Part shown: positions 1 through 8,657 of the stretch, in pieces
Position numbering within the stretch: position 1 is the stretch's first letter
How the letters are laid out: each line of letters begins with the position of its first letter
Program-made: the position numbers and the translations under genes
Assembly (NCBI GenBank): GCA_965216315.1
Contig: CBDCFN010000016.1
Location: forward strand, 960,001 to 1,024,000
Reading direction: 5' to 3'
Length of the DNA stretch: 64,000 bases
From: a bacterium
Lineage (GTDB): Bacteria; UBA10199; 2-02-FULL-50-16; JAJFLM01
Notes under the pieces: generated by a model
Seen by the model: the letters and a program-made list of their open reading frames with translations, nothing else
Databases searched by the model: none
What the model was told of the DNA's origin: nothing

Positions 1-381
1 AAGAAAGGTAAGCCGCGGGTTAAGTGCCGGATGAAATTCGATCTGAGTTCTTGGTCGGTTTTTTATAAGTCTGGTAAGGGGCAGGGCCGCATCACCTGCA
101 GTAATGGACAAAGTTCCAATGTTAAAATACGCACCCATGGTGGCGGAGTGACCTTCGGTAAGATGAAAATTGAAGATGGTAATGCAACCTTCACGAAGGT
201 GTACGATATCTCAGATCTCTATGGTAGTTATGCCAGATCTGAAGCTCATGCGGGTGCGGCCAAGCATGCGGAAGCCGTTGCGATGACCAAGGGAAATATC
301 TCGATGTCCCTTTCTGGAACAGGTCATGGATTTAATCTGGGTATTGCCTTCGGTAGCTTTAAGATCAAGCCTGTTCGTTAA
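1..381 (+). CDS. Conserved hypothetical, probably secreted beta-rich protein (5'-truncated by window edge)
   Basis: Frame is open from base 1 (KKGKPRVKCRMKF...). Gly-rich beta-strand pattern with a Cys pair. Confidence 0.6.
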   Translation, partial: KKGKPRVKCRMKFDLSSWSVFYKSGKGQGRITCSNGQSSNVKIRTHGGGVTFGKMKIEDGNATFTKVYDISDLYGSYARSEAHAGAAKHAEAVAMTKGNISMSLSGTGHGFNLGIAFGSFKIKPVR

Positions 382-399
382 TATTTCAGCAATATTTTC

Positions 400-1602
400 T
401 TAATTCTTATTGGTATGTAATCCCTGATAAAGCTGTTGGGCGAGCCGGAATTTATAGTCATGGGGGACTGGGGAATTGACCATGATAGCAAAACGAATGA
501 GGCGCCCGTCTTGATGTTTGAAGTAGCCTGCGTAGGTATTCACTCCTGTCAGCGTCCCTGTTTTGGCCTGAAAGCGGTTTTTTTCCACCGGGAGTAAATG
601 GCGATAAGGTTCAAATTTTTTGAGCAGAGTCATCAGTTGCCGGGGCGAGACCCGGTTTTTTCGAGAGAGTCCCGCACCTTCCATCGCCGTAAAATCGGAC
701 CAACCAATATGTTCCCGAAGGCAGCTAGCGAGCACACGTTGACTTTTTTCATTGCTTGCGGGTGCCCCATGTTGCTTGGCCCCTAAGACGAGGAATAATT
801 GGTTGGCCATGAAATTGGTTGAATACTTTAGAAGCCCCTTTATCACGTCGGCAAGTGATTTGGAGGAGCGATGGCGATAAATGAGCTTGGCATGAGGGGG
901 GCTAGCGCCGATTTTGATTGGAAGCTGATTGCTAATGCTGGCACCGTGTTTGTTCAGAAAAGCGACAAGAAGTTCGCCAAAGTAGCGCGTATTTTTTTGC
1001 GAATCTTTGCCCAGATTGACTCGATGTTTTCCATTTCGATAAGAGCTGCTGATCTCGTGGGCAATGGGAGTTAACGGCGTCTGTGGCTCAGCGCTTTCGA
1101 TTTTGTTGCCTGTCTTGCGAAAGTAAACGGTATTAAAGTTGGCGACCAAGGCCCCGTTGATGGCGTCGTAAGGGTTTGAAGAGCGAGATTGCCCGTCAAC
1201 CGTGAAACTTTCAAAAAAAGACGTATCGAGGATGAGGCCGGAGATTGTTTTGAGTCCTTTTTTGATTAAGGCTTGTGCAATTAAGTCGAATTCTTCCGAA
1301 ACAAGAAAGGGGTCACCATAACCGCGGACGACAAGTTCATTGTTTGAAGTGAGGGAGAAGTCCGTTGGAAAGTGATAATCAATGCCGAGCTCTTTGATGG
1401 CGCAAGCGGCTGTGGCCACTTTCATCGTTGAGGCGGGGATAAAATGCTCATTGCTACGGTGATCGATGAGAACCTCACCCTTATCGGATTCGACGTAGGC
1501 CCCTCCATTTTTGAGCGCCCCGATAAAGTTTTGTTTCCATGCAGCCGCGGCCAGGTTAGGCAGGGCGCTCGCAATGAAAATGAGGAGGCAAAGGAAACGC
1601 AT
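400..1602 (-). CDS. dacB: D-alanyl-D-alanine carboxypeptidase/endopeptidase (peptidase S13, PBP4 family)
   Basis: Signal peptide, PASTMK (SxxK), STN (SxN), KTGT motifs, GDPFL and GAGLSR segments. Confidence 0.9.
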   Translation of the reverse strand: MRFLCLLIFIASALPNLAAAAWKQNFIGALKNGGAYVESDKGEVLIDHRSNEHFIPASTMKVATAACAIKELGIDYHFPTDFSLTSNNELVVRGYGDPFLVSEEFDLIAQALIKKGLKTISGLILDTSFFESFTVDGQSRSSNPYDAINGALVANFNTVYFRKTGNKIESAEPQTPLTPIAHEISSSYRNGKHRVNLGKDSQKNTRYFGELLVAFLNKHGASISNQLPIKIGASPPHAKLIYRHRSSKSLADVIKGLLKYSTNFMANQLFLVLGAKQHGAPASNEKSQRVLASCLREHIGWSDFTAMEGAGLSRKNRVSPRQLMTLLKKFEPYRHLLPVEKNRFQAKTGTLTGVNTYAGYFKHQDGRLIRFAIMVNSPVPHDYKFRLAQQLYQGLHTNKN

Positions 1603-2426
1603 TAGGCATCAATATAAAAGTCGGGTAAGAGTTCATTGCCTGGCGCGTAGGCATAAGGGTCAAAGTCGGTAATGCCGTGCTCTTTAAGGACGGTTTCGTC
1701 AATGAGCGCCTGACCGGTTATTTTACGGTCAGTTGTTGTCAGGATGAAGTAAGCGGCATCCGCCATGATTTTGGGCTTACGACTTTGCGTCATACCCTCT
1801 TCGCCCATAATATTTTCGATGGCCGCCGTTGCGATGGTTGTGCGTGGCCAGAGAGAGTTGACGGCTATGCCATAAGGTTCAAATTCGGCCGACATGCCCA
1901 GGGTGCAGATCGTCATCCCATATTTTGATATTGTATAGGCGACGTTGTTTTGGAGCCATTTATCCTTTAATGAAATTGGTGGTGAAAGATTGAGTATGTG
2001 CGGGTTGTCCGCTTTCTTTAGAAAGGGGAGTGCTGCTTGGCTACACGCAAAAACAGCTCGGGTATTAATCGATTGCATCAGATCATAACGTTTCATCGGC
2101 GTGTTTTCCGTATTCGTCAGGCTGATGGCGCCCGCATTGTTGATGAGTATGTCGATTCCCCCAAATTTCTCCGCACTTTGCTGAATAACAGCTTCAATAT
2201 TTTGATCATCACGTACGTCTAATTGAAGGGGGAGGGCCTGCCCGCCGCGATCCTCGATTTCCTGTGCGACGGTATGGATAGTGCCTGGCAACTTGGGGTG
2301 CGGCTCGGATGTCTTGGAGGCAACGACAATGTTGGCGCCGTCTTCAGCGCATTTTAGTGCAATGGCACGACCAATGCCACGGCTTGCGCCTGTAATAATA
2401 ATGGTTTTGTTTTTTAACGAGGCCAT
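1602..2426 (-). CDS. Short-chain dehydrogenase/reductase (HSDL2-like)
   Basis: TGASRGIG, NNAG, YTISK (YxxxK), PHPKLPGTIH segment. Confidence 0.9.
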   Translation of the reverse strand: MASLKNKTIIITGASRGIGRAIALKCAEDGANIVVASKTSEPHPKLPGTIHTVAQEIEDRGGQALPLQLDVRDDQNIEAVIQQSAEKFGGIDILINNAGAISLTNTENTPMKRYDLMQSINTRAVFACSQAALPFLKKADNPHILNLSPPISLKDKWLQNNVAYTISKYGMTICTLGMSAEFEPYGIAVNSLWPRTTIATAAIENIMGEEGMTQSRKPKIMADAAYFILTTTDRKITGQALIDETVLKEHGITDFDPYAYAPGNELLPDFYIDA

Positions 2427-2481
2427 AGTGTGAGTCCCTCATTTTTATGCGACAGATCGAACAAGATGACAATGGAATAAT

Positions 2482-2895
2482 TCAACCATCTATAGCGGGA
2501 GGTTTTCGCAATGATTTTTTTTCGCTCTGTTGTCTCTTCTCTTTAAGTAGTTTTTCTTTGGCGCGTTTGCTGCGTTTTCTTTTCTGGCGCCGAATTTTTT
2601 CAATGCGCTTCTGTTCGGCACTTTCATGTTCTTCTAAGCCTGCGGCAATTTTTTCCGCGAGGCGACGTCGGGCGTAAAAGCGATTGAGTGCCTGGCTGCG
2701 GCTTTCTTGGCAGCGAACTTCCACTCCGCTGGGTTTGTGGAGGAGTCGTACGGCCACAGAGGTTTTGTTGACCTTTTGGCCCCCTGCGCCTGAAGCGCGA
2801 ATAAAATCTTCCTCGAGGTCCTCTTCCTCGATTCCGAGCTCTTGCATTCGGGCGGCCAGTGCCGCTTGCTTCTGTTTCGTAACAGGACCCTGCAT
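2482..2895 (-). CDS. arfB: Peptidyl-tRNA hydrolase / ribosome rescue factor (ArfB/YaeJ-like)
   Basis: ASGAGGQKVNK (GGQ motif), RSQALN, highly basic C-terminal tail. Confidence 0.8.
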   Translation of the reverse strand: MQGPVTKQKQAALAARMQELGIEEEDLEEDFIRASGAGGQKVNKTSVAVRLLHKPSGVEVRCQESRSQALNRFYARRRLAEKIAAGLEEHESAEQKRIEKIRRQKRKRSKRAKEKLLKEKRQQSEKKSLRKPPAIDG

Positions 2896-3049
2896 GGGCG
2901 CCAGCCTACCTTAAAGGGGATTCTCTTGCCAATAGGCCCGTCGCATGATAGCAGATCGCCTCTCCCCCTTGACAATCCCGTATCAAGGCTGGAATTATTG
3001 AATAAATCGGCGCATCTGTGTAAACTGCGCAATTTCAAAGGAGATTTGT

Positions 3050-3271
3050 TTGGCTCGAGACGATTTAATAAAGCTTGAAGGTGAGATCACGGACGTGACG
3101 GGCGGAGGTATGTATGCCGTCACCCTGGAGAACGGAGCCACGGTGAGCACCAAGCTCTGTGGTAAGATGAAGCGCTTTAAGATCCGCGTGGTTGTTGGTG
3201 ATAAGGTGACCGTTGGAGTCTCGCCCTATGACCTCACCCATGGCTTCATCATGTATCGCCATAAGAATTGA
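3050..3271 (+). CDS. infA: Translation initiation factor IF-1
   Basis: MARDDLIKLEG...GKMKRFKIRVVVGDKVTV...SPYDLT. TTG start with AAGGAG RBS. Confidence 0.95.
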   Translation: MARDDLIKLEGEITDVTGGGMYAVTLENGATVSTKLCGKMKRFKIRVVVGDKVTVGVSPYDLTHGFIMYRHKN

Positions 3272-3294
3272 TCCTTATATCCCCTGACAATTCA

Positions 3295-3323
3295 TTGACT
3301 TAGCCGCCATTCCACATTAAAAC
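3295..3323 (+). promoter_or_regulatory. Putative sigma70 promoter for the tRNA pair
   Basis: TTGACT-N17-TAAAAC, 12 nt before tRNA-Leu. Confidence 0.5.
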
Positions 3324-3335
3324 CGATTGAATTTC

Positions 3336-3419
3336 GCCGCCCTGGTGGAATTGGTAGACACGCCAGACTCAAAATCTGGTGGGGGCGACCCCGTCCCGGT
3401 TCGAGTCCGGGGGGCGGCA
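3336..3419 (+). tRNA. tRNA-Leu(CAA)
   Basis: Acceptor GCCGCCC/GGGCGGC, anticodon arm CCAGA-CTCAAAA-TCTGG, long variable arm, TTCGAGT T-loop. CCA not encoded. Confidence 0.95.
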
Positions 3420-3420
3420 C

Positions 3421-3493
3421 GCCGACGTAGCTCAGGTGGTAGAGCAGCACATTCGTAATGTGCGGGTCAGCGGTTCGAGTCCGCTCGTCGGCT
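3421..3493 (+). tRNA. tRNA-Thr(CGT)
   Basis: Acceptor GCCGACG/CGTCGGC, anticodon arm GCACA-TTCGTAA-TGTGC, TTCGAGT T-loop. CCA not encoded. Confidence 0.95.
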
Positions 3494-3504
3494 CATTTCG
3501 TATA

Positions 3505-3537
3505 GTAAGGGGGAAGAAAAACTCTCTCCCCCCTTAC
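3505..3537 (+). terminator. Hairpin after the tRNA pair
   Basis: GTAAGGGGG...CCCCCTTAC inverted repeat, no clear U tract. Confidence 0.35.
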
Positions 3538-3563
3538 AACCCCCCCATCGTGAGGGAATCCTA

Positions 3564-4184
3564 ATGGAACTGTTTTTTGATCAGTATAGTGGAGTAGCGC
3601 TTTATATTGTCATGCTCGTGGCCTTATTGGCGACGGGATTCGGGCTGCCCCTCTCAGAAGACTTCCTCCTCATGGTTATCGGCTACATGATCCAGTCAGG
3701 ACGTATGGAGGTTATTCCTGGGCTTTTCACGGCTTATATCGGGAGCGTCGGCAGTGATCTCATCATGTTTAATATCGGTTATCATTATGGGGCCGCCGTT
3801 CGAAAGCACCGCTTCATCCTCCGGGTTATGTCGCATGGGCGTCAGGAGAAAATACTCCAGAAATTTCGTAAATACGGGGACAAATTTATTATGTTTGCCC
3901 GTTTTATTTCAGGTGTTCGTGCGCCGACGTTCTTGACAGCGGGGATTAGTCACATGAAACCGCTGCGTTTTTTTGCGCTCGATGGCTTTGCGGCACTTTT
4001 TAGTATGCCGTTATTTGTCGGTCTCGGTTATGCCTTTGGCGACCATCTGGAGAGCATAAAGGCGGATTTTGATGAGATTCGGAAAATTATTACCGTTTTG
4101 GTTATTGGTGCTGTCGGTGTCTTTATTGTGATGAGCTATCTTAAGTTGTTTAAAGACAAGCCGGAATCTCCCAATGATCTATAA
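3564..4184 (+). CDS. DedA family membrane protein
   Basis: GLPLSEDFLL, GSDLIMF, FARFISGVRAPTFLTAG motifs, TM helices. Confidence 0.9.
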   Translation: MELFFDQYSGVALYIVMLVALLATGFGLPLSEDFLLMVIGYMIQSGRMEVIPGLFTAYIGSVGSDLIMFNIGYHYGAAVRKHRFILRVMSHGRQEKILQKFRKYGDKFIMFARFISGVRAPTFLTAGISHMKPLRFFALDGFAALFSMPLFVGLGYAFGDHLESIKADFDEIRKIITVLVIGAVGVFIVMSYLKLFKDKPESPNDL

Positions 4185-4220
4185 AAAAACCCCATTCGCG
4201 CGAGGCGAATGGGGTTTTTT
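4185..4220. terminator. Bidirectional intrinsic terminator
   Basis: AAAAAACCCCATTCGC-gcgag-GCGAATGGGGTTTTTT between convergent genes. Confidence 0.85.
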
Positions 4221-4241
4221 GTAGAATCCTTGAAACGATCC

Positions 4242-5363
4242 TTAGAACTTGTACAGGACTTCCAAAGAAACGGTGTCTTGGAACTTCTTAAGCGTTCCGT
4301 TGGACTTTGCAAAGAAAGCCCGATCGCTGTGATCATGACGGAATTCAAGACGTCCTTCGAAGCCATCGTTCATGTAAAAGTGGCCCGTAAGAGTTCCTTC
4401 GAAGAGGTTGTGATTGGCACCACCTCCGAAACGGAATCCTGCGTTATCGTCGAACATCTCACCGCGGAAAGTAAGCCCAAACCATTCATTAAAGTCATAA
4501 TGAAGTAGTAAGGCGGCTCCCCACCAATCGGCAAACTTGCTTCCGAAATCCTGCTGATTCGCCCAGTCAAAGTTGATCTGGAGCAGGAAGTCTTCGATTG
4601 GACGCCAGTTTAAGACGAAATCAACCAGCGCTGTCCAGTCGCTGTCGTTTGCAGCCACACCAACAGCCGCATCGGCATCCGGGCCCATCGTTCCCTGAAA
4701 CGAGAAGTCAATGGTTTCAGCCGGAGTAAATGCTAACTGCCAGAGGACCGTCTTCGCCTTGTTGAGATCGGTGATCGTGTCCCAGCCGTTGACGATACCC
4801 AGCGATGCTGAGAACCAGTCATTAAACGGATAGGTCATGTAGAATCCCGTGTGTGTAAACGGAATTGCAAAACCGAAGAGAAAAGAGCGTGACGTGTTGT
4901 AGTTGTACGCACTCTCAATCACTTCAGCCCCGATCAAGGTGGCAAAGTGACCTAAGGTAAAGGTCAGACCATTGCCAACCGGCGCCGTCAAAGCCACATA
5001 GGCTTGTTGGATGCCAAATTCATCAGCCCCAATGACACCACCTTTTAAACCATCGACGACGGCGACATCTTCACCGAATGCGAGGTCTAAACGAAAGGTG
5101 GCCCACTCAGCCGGCGAATTCTCGATTTCAAGTTCGGCACGGTTGAAGTCGAAATCATTGTGGCGAACATCAAAGACGCGCCCCGTGTTTCCGACCCCAA
5201 GTGGTGGGTTGTTGAAGTTGTAGTTATACGTAGTATTAAAGTTGCCCGTCAGACGTGTCTTTTCCCACCATGAGATCGAATCGCCATCATCTGCCTGAGC
5301 AGTTGAGACGACCCCCATGGAAAGAAGACTGAGCCCGACAAGACCCAAGATGAGTTTTCTCAT
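4242..5363 (-). CDS. Outer-membrane beta-barrel porin (OmpL-like/BBP2, DUF1597-type)
   Basis: Signal peptide, YNYNFNNP, G-F-T-LIGAEVIE, N-SRSFLF-AIPFTHTG, C-terminal YKF. Confidence 0.8.
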   Translation of the reverse strand: MRKLILGLVGLSLLSMGVVSTAQADDGDSISWWEKTRLTGNFNTTYNYNFNNPPLGVGNTGRVFDVRHNDFDFNRAELEIENSPAEWATFRLDLAFGEDVAVVDGLKGGVIGADEFGIQQAYVALTAPVGNGLTFTLGHFATLIGAEVIESAYNYNTSRSFLFGFAIPFTHTGFYMTYPFNDWFSASLGIVNGWDTITDLNKAKTVLWQLAFTPAETIDFSFQGTMGPDADAAVGVAANDSDWTALVDFVLNWRPIEDFLLQINFDWANQQDFGSKFADWWGAALLLHYDFNEWFGLTFRGEMFDDNAGFRFGGGANHNLFEGTLTGHFYMNDGFEGRLEFRHDHSDRAFFAKSNGTLKKFQDTVSLEVLYKF

Positions 5364-5540
5364 TCCATTCTCCTTCTAGAAGGTGGCACGTAGGTGCCTG
5401 ATTCATGTCCGTGCCCACGCGAAGGCTGTAGGCACGATGACTAGATGGCCGCCCCTTAGGGCGAGCACCCAAATTCAAAAAAAACTAATTGGAAAAGCTG
5501 AAATTCCCCCTTTGTCAGCGCGACTGACGCGACGTGTTAG

Positions 5541-5557
5541 TGCAAGGGTTGTACCAA
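5541..5557 (-). promoter_or_regulatory. Sigma54 (-24/-12) promoter for the porin
   Basis: Minus strand TTGGTACAACCCTTGCA (GG-N10-GC), with an AT-rich tract upstream and an inverted repeat TTAGCGC-N11-GCGCTAA at 5641-5665. Confidence 0.65.
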
Positions 5558-5693
5558 GTCAAGAAATTAGCTAAATTATTAATATTACTCTTTATTTTAT
5601 AGATACTTAAGGCGTGTCTCAGGCAGACAGAATGAGTATTTTAGCGCGTCAATGCCATGCGCTAATTGTCAGTGGTTTACAAAATTGTCGACA

Positions 5694-6662
5694 TTAGCGG
5701 GATACAAATTCCCACAGGCGCGCTGGGGTGATGGGTGTTTCCGTCTCCCCCCGACAGGCGAGCCAGCACTCATCGCAGGGGTTGGGGCTTTCGACTTCCC
5801 CGGTGTCATATTCGGTCCAATGGCAGAACGGTTCCATCTCGGAGCAGCGCTTCACCATTCCATCCGGTGTGATCTGGATGAAGTTGAGGCCTGCCTGGCA
5901 GTCGGCCATGTTGCCTTGGCGGAAATATTGCGGGATGCGGCTTAAATAGTGACTCGAGGTTAGAATATGATTGGATTTGCCCTTTAACTCGATCAGCTCA
6001 GCAATCACCTCGTCTAACTGCTTCATGCGTTCTTCTCGGACGTGATATTGCTCTTTATCGTTTTTAAGTGCGCTATAGGAACTGAACGAAATCTTGGCGC
6101 CCCATTCCTTCGCCCGGCGGGCGAGGGGAATAATGTGGTCTAGATTCTGTTCCATAATTACCGTATTGAAGGCGATATTGTCATAGCCTTGCCCCGTGAG
6201 TTTGGGGACCAGCTCAGAAAAATGTTTGTATAATCCTGGGAGCTTGCGTTCTTCATCGTGAAGCTCGCTATCGTAATTAAGTGAGATGGAAAGCTGGTCG
6301 AGCCCTCGGTCCCAAAGCTGCTTATACTTATCTTCAGTCAGCAATTGGCCATGAGTTATCATTGTTAAGTAGATGCAATAGGGGCGAACGGACTCAACAA
6401 TATCGAAGATATCTTTACGCAATAGCGGTTCGCCGCCATTAAGAGAGAGGACGATAGGGCGGAATTTCTTGATGATTGGCGTAAAGTCCTTGAGTTGAGG
6501 ATATCCTTTTAATGTCCAGCAGGGGCAAAAATCACACTGGGCGTTGCAATACTTGGTGACTTCCAAATTGATGAGGCGGGGACGTTTATGTATCGTTTTC
6601 ATGCCGAGGTAACGGTACATCCCTTTAACTTTTCGGCCCATGCCTAGATTGCGTGAGAGCAT
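5694..6662 (-). CDS. Radical SAM protein with SPASM/twitch domain
   Basis: CNAQCDFC (CxxxCxxC), GGEPLL, C-terminal CQAG...PDG..RC...CDECWLAC. Confidence 0.9.
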   Translation of the reverse strand: MLSRNLGMGRKVKGMYRYLGMKTIHKRPRLINLEVTKYCNAQCDFCPCWTLKGYPQLKDFTPIIKKFRPIVLSLNGGEPLLRKDIFDIVESVRPYCIYLTMITHGQLLTEDKYKQLWDRGLDQLSISLNYDSELHDEERKLPGLYKHFSELVPKLTGQGYDNIAFNTVIMEQNLDHIIPLARRAKEWGAKISFSSYSALKNDKEQYHVREERMKQLDEVIAELIELKGKSNHILTSSHYLSRIPQYFRQGNMADCQAGLNFIQITPDGMVKRCSEMEPFCHWTEYDTGEVESPNPCDECWLACRGETETPITPARLWEFVSR

Positions 6663-6678
6663 TGCTGTTCCTTGCTAG

Positions 6679-8103
6679 TTATTGAGCTGAAGGGTCGGCG
6701 ATTTTCTTAGTCGTTGGTGACAGTCGAAAGAGACCGAAACGCATATTAAGCATCACCATCCACGCAGCATTGGTTCCAATCAAACAGAGCCAGAGAATGG
6801 CACGTGACTGGCCAAAAGCTGCCAACCCTAAGAAGAAAAGGGCGAAAAAATCCCTTTTCACTAAAAAGCTGATTTTGCTTAGTATACGTTTTCCCAGCGT
6901 AGGGCGCTCCGGAGTTTGAATTTCTTTCTGAATGGCCAGCAGGCTGCCGGAGTCAGTAAAGCGGAGCAGATACGTAAACGAAACGAGGAGGCAAAGGCCT
7001 AATCCGGCTAAGGTGAAGATTCCTGCCAGTTGAACCCCTGGTCCGGCGATACGGGATGTTCCAATGACGAGCCCGATAATAAAGCTCACGTAGCTTAAAT
7101 TGTCGCTGATCGTATCGAGCCATTGCCCGACCTTGGATGAGGTGAATTTCAAACGCGACATTTCTCCATCGACGCCGTCTAGAATGGAGGCCCACTGAAA
7201 CAGAAAAGCGCCTAAGAGAACATTCCAGTAGTCACCGCGGGCCATAAAGACACCGGATGCAATACCGACCAGCGAAGTAATGCCGGTCATGTGATGGGCC
7301 GATAGATTGGTCCGCGTGAGCCACCGGGTGATCCAGAGTGAGATAGGTCGGTTGAGGTGGCGCGAAAAGAATCCATCCGTTGATTTGCGGCAGTCATTGA
7401 GCAAGAGCTTTTCGGCGTGTCGGAGCGCGGGTTTTGTATCGACATCCTGCCAGAAGGCGTCGCCGATATCGTAAGTGCCGGCTTTCTTTTGAGCGGCGAG
7501 ATGGCGTATTCCGTCAGATAAGGAACAGTCGCCATCCTTGGACACTTCACGTAAGGCCGTAAAGAGGGCCGGACTTACTAAGAACATTCCCGTGTCGACC
7601 GATGTGTATTGATCGAGTTCTTTTGCGATGGCAACAATACGATTGTCTTCAACCTGTACGACCGTCGCATCATCCATGTCGAAGATCTGATCTAACTTGT
7701 TGTCAATCGCGAGCAGGACATCCTGATCACCAAGCGGCTGCTTGGCGAACTTACGCAAAGTCTCCGCCTGGAAGATATGATCCGACATTAAAAGAACAAA
7801 ATTTTCGTGGAGAACTTTTTCGGCCGCTAAGACAGAGAGGCCGTTGGATTTTTGCCAGTCCTTGTTTTCAACGAATTCAACTTTGACGTCCAGGTCATAG
7901 GAGCGAACCGCCTCAATAATGCGTTCTTTGCGATAACCGACGACGATGACAAATTCTTTGATGCCGGCCTGTTGAGCGGTAAGCATGATCCGCTTGAGGA
8001 GCGGAATGCCTCCAACGCGCCGTAGGGGCTTCGGGATGTCATTCTCACCGCGCTTGAGTCGGCTGCCGTTGCCCGCTGCTATGATGAGTGCCTTTTTGAC
8101 CAT
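6679..8103 (-). CDS. Bifunctional NTP (cytidylyl)transferase / CDP-alcohol phosphotransferase (IPCT/DIPPS-like)
   Basis: N-terminal AAGNGSRL...PKPL, MSDH, WQDVDT. C-terminal DGVDGEMSR...GQWLDTISD CDP-alcohol motif with TM helices. Confidence 0.85.
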   Translation of the reverse strand: MVKKALIIAAGNGSRLKRGENDIPKPLRRVGGIPLLKRIMLTAQQAGIKEFVIVVGYRKERIIEAVRSYDLDVKVEFVENKDWQKSNGLSVLAAEKVLHENFVLLMSDHIFQAETLRKFAKQPLGDQDVLLAIDNKLDQIFDMDDATVVQVEDNRIVAIAKELDQYTSVDTGMFLVSPALFTALREVSKDGDCSLSDGIRHLAAQKKAGTYDIGDAFWQDVDTKPALRHAEKLLLNDCRKSTDGFFSRHLNRPISLWITRWLTRTNLSAHHMTGITSLVGIASGVFMARGDYWNVLLGAFLFQWASILDGVDGEMSRLKFTSSKVGQWLDTISDNLSYVSFIIGLVIGTSRIAGPGVQLAGIFTLAGLGLCLLVSFTYLLRFTDSGSLLAIQKEIQTPERPTLGKRILSKISFLVKRDFFALFFLGLAAFGQSRAILWLCLIGTNAAWMVMLNMRFGLFRLSPTTKKIADPSAQ

Positions 8104-8312
8104 ATTGACGCCTGGCGTTATCGGTTCAGATTATAGGCCTCCGCAAAAGTCTCAACTAGAGTCCCACTCGCATCTCCCCACTGTCCTGGAATTAGTCGTT
8201 GTTAATAAGGCATTTTGCCCTAAAAAGTCAATTTTTTAAAGGTTTTAGACCTTTTCCTTGAAATGGAGCTCCAATGGCCGGTCTGGGTGGATGGAATGGC
8301 TTTTTAGCGAGC

Positions 8313-8346
8313 AAAAAAAACGAGCGGCCTCCAGGGGAGGCCGCTC
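8313..8346 (-). terminator. Intrinsic terminator (minus strand)
   Basis: GAGCGGCCTCC-cct-GGAGGCCGCTC-G-TTTTTTTT. Confidence 0.85.
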
Positions 8347-8425
8347 TCGGGTTGGGTCACGCTGGGTTACAGGAACCCAGCATATAGGGTCATCGGGCAT
8401 GGGTCTGATATGTGCGTCTCGTTAC
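8313..8425 (-). ncRNA. Candidate small RNA (~110 nt)
   Basis: Bounded by the GCAAC-N16-CGATAA motif (8459-8433) and a strong intrinsic terminator. Internal hairpin GCTGGGTT/AACCCAGC and repeated ACCC motifs. No credible RBS-led ORF. Confidence 0.55.
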
Positions 8426-8432
8426 ATTCAGA

Positions 8433-8459
8433 TTATCGTTAAGCATTGCGAAAAGTTGC
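8433..8459 (-). promoter_or_regulatory. RCAAC-N16-CGAW motif copy 1 (putative alternative-sigma promoter)
   Basis: GCAAC-ttttcgcaatgcttaa-CGATAA. Confidence 0.65.
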
Positions 8460-8584
8460 TATCCGAGTTTGCGAAAGTTTTCATGTCTTTGAAATTATTA
8501 GGGATTATCGGAACAACTCCCGCGTGGAGCTCATTAAAATGGGGGTTTTTCGAATGGATTCGGATTCAATTTTTAAAAAATCAC

Positions 8585-8611
8585 ACAACATTTTCGGATT
8601 TTCCCCGATCC
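8585..8611 (+). promoter_or_regulatory. RCAAC-N16-CGAW motif copy 2
   Basis: ACAAC-attttcggattttccc-CGATCC, upstream of the response regulator. Confidence 0.55.
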
Positions 8612-8657
8612 ACTCTAGGTAAGAGGGGAACTTTATTTACCTAGGAGGGAATCTATA

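Noticed and set aside
3379..3564. 61-aa ORF
   Set aside because: Overlaps both tRNA genes.
8258..8644. 128-aa ORF in the ORF track
   Set aside because: TTG start, no RBS, no recognisable domain. It spans a terminator, the sRNA candidate and two promoter motifs.
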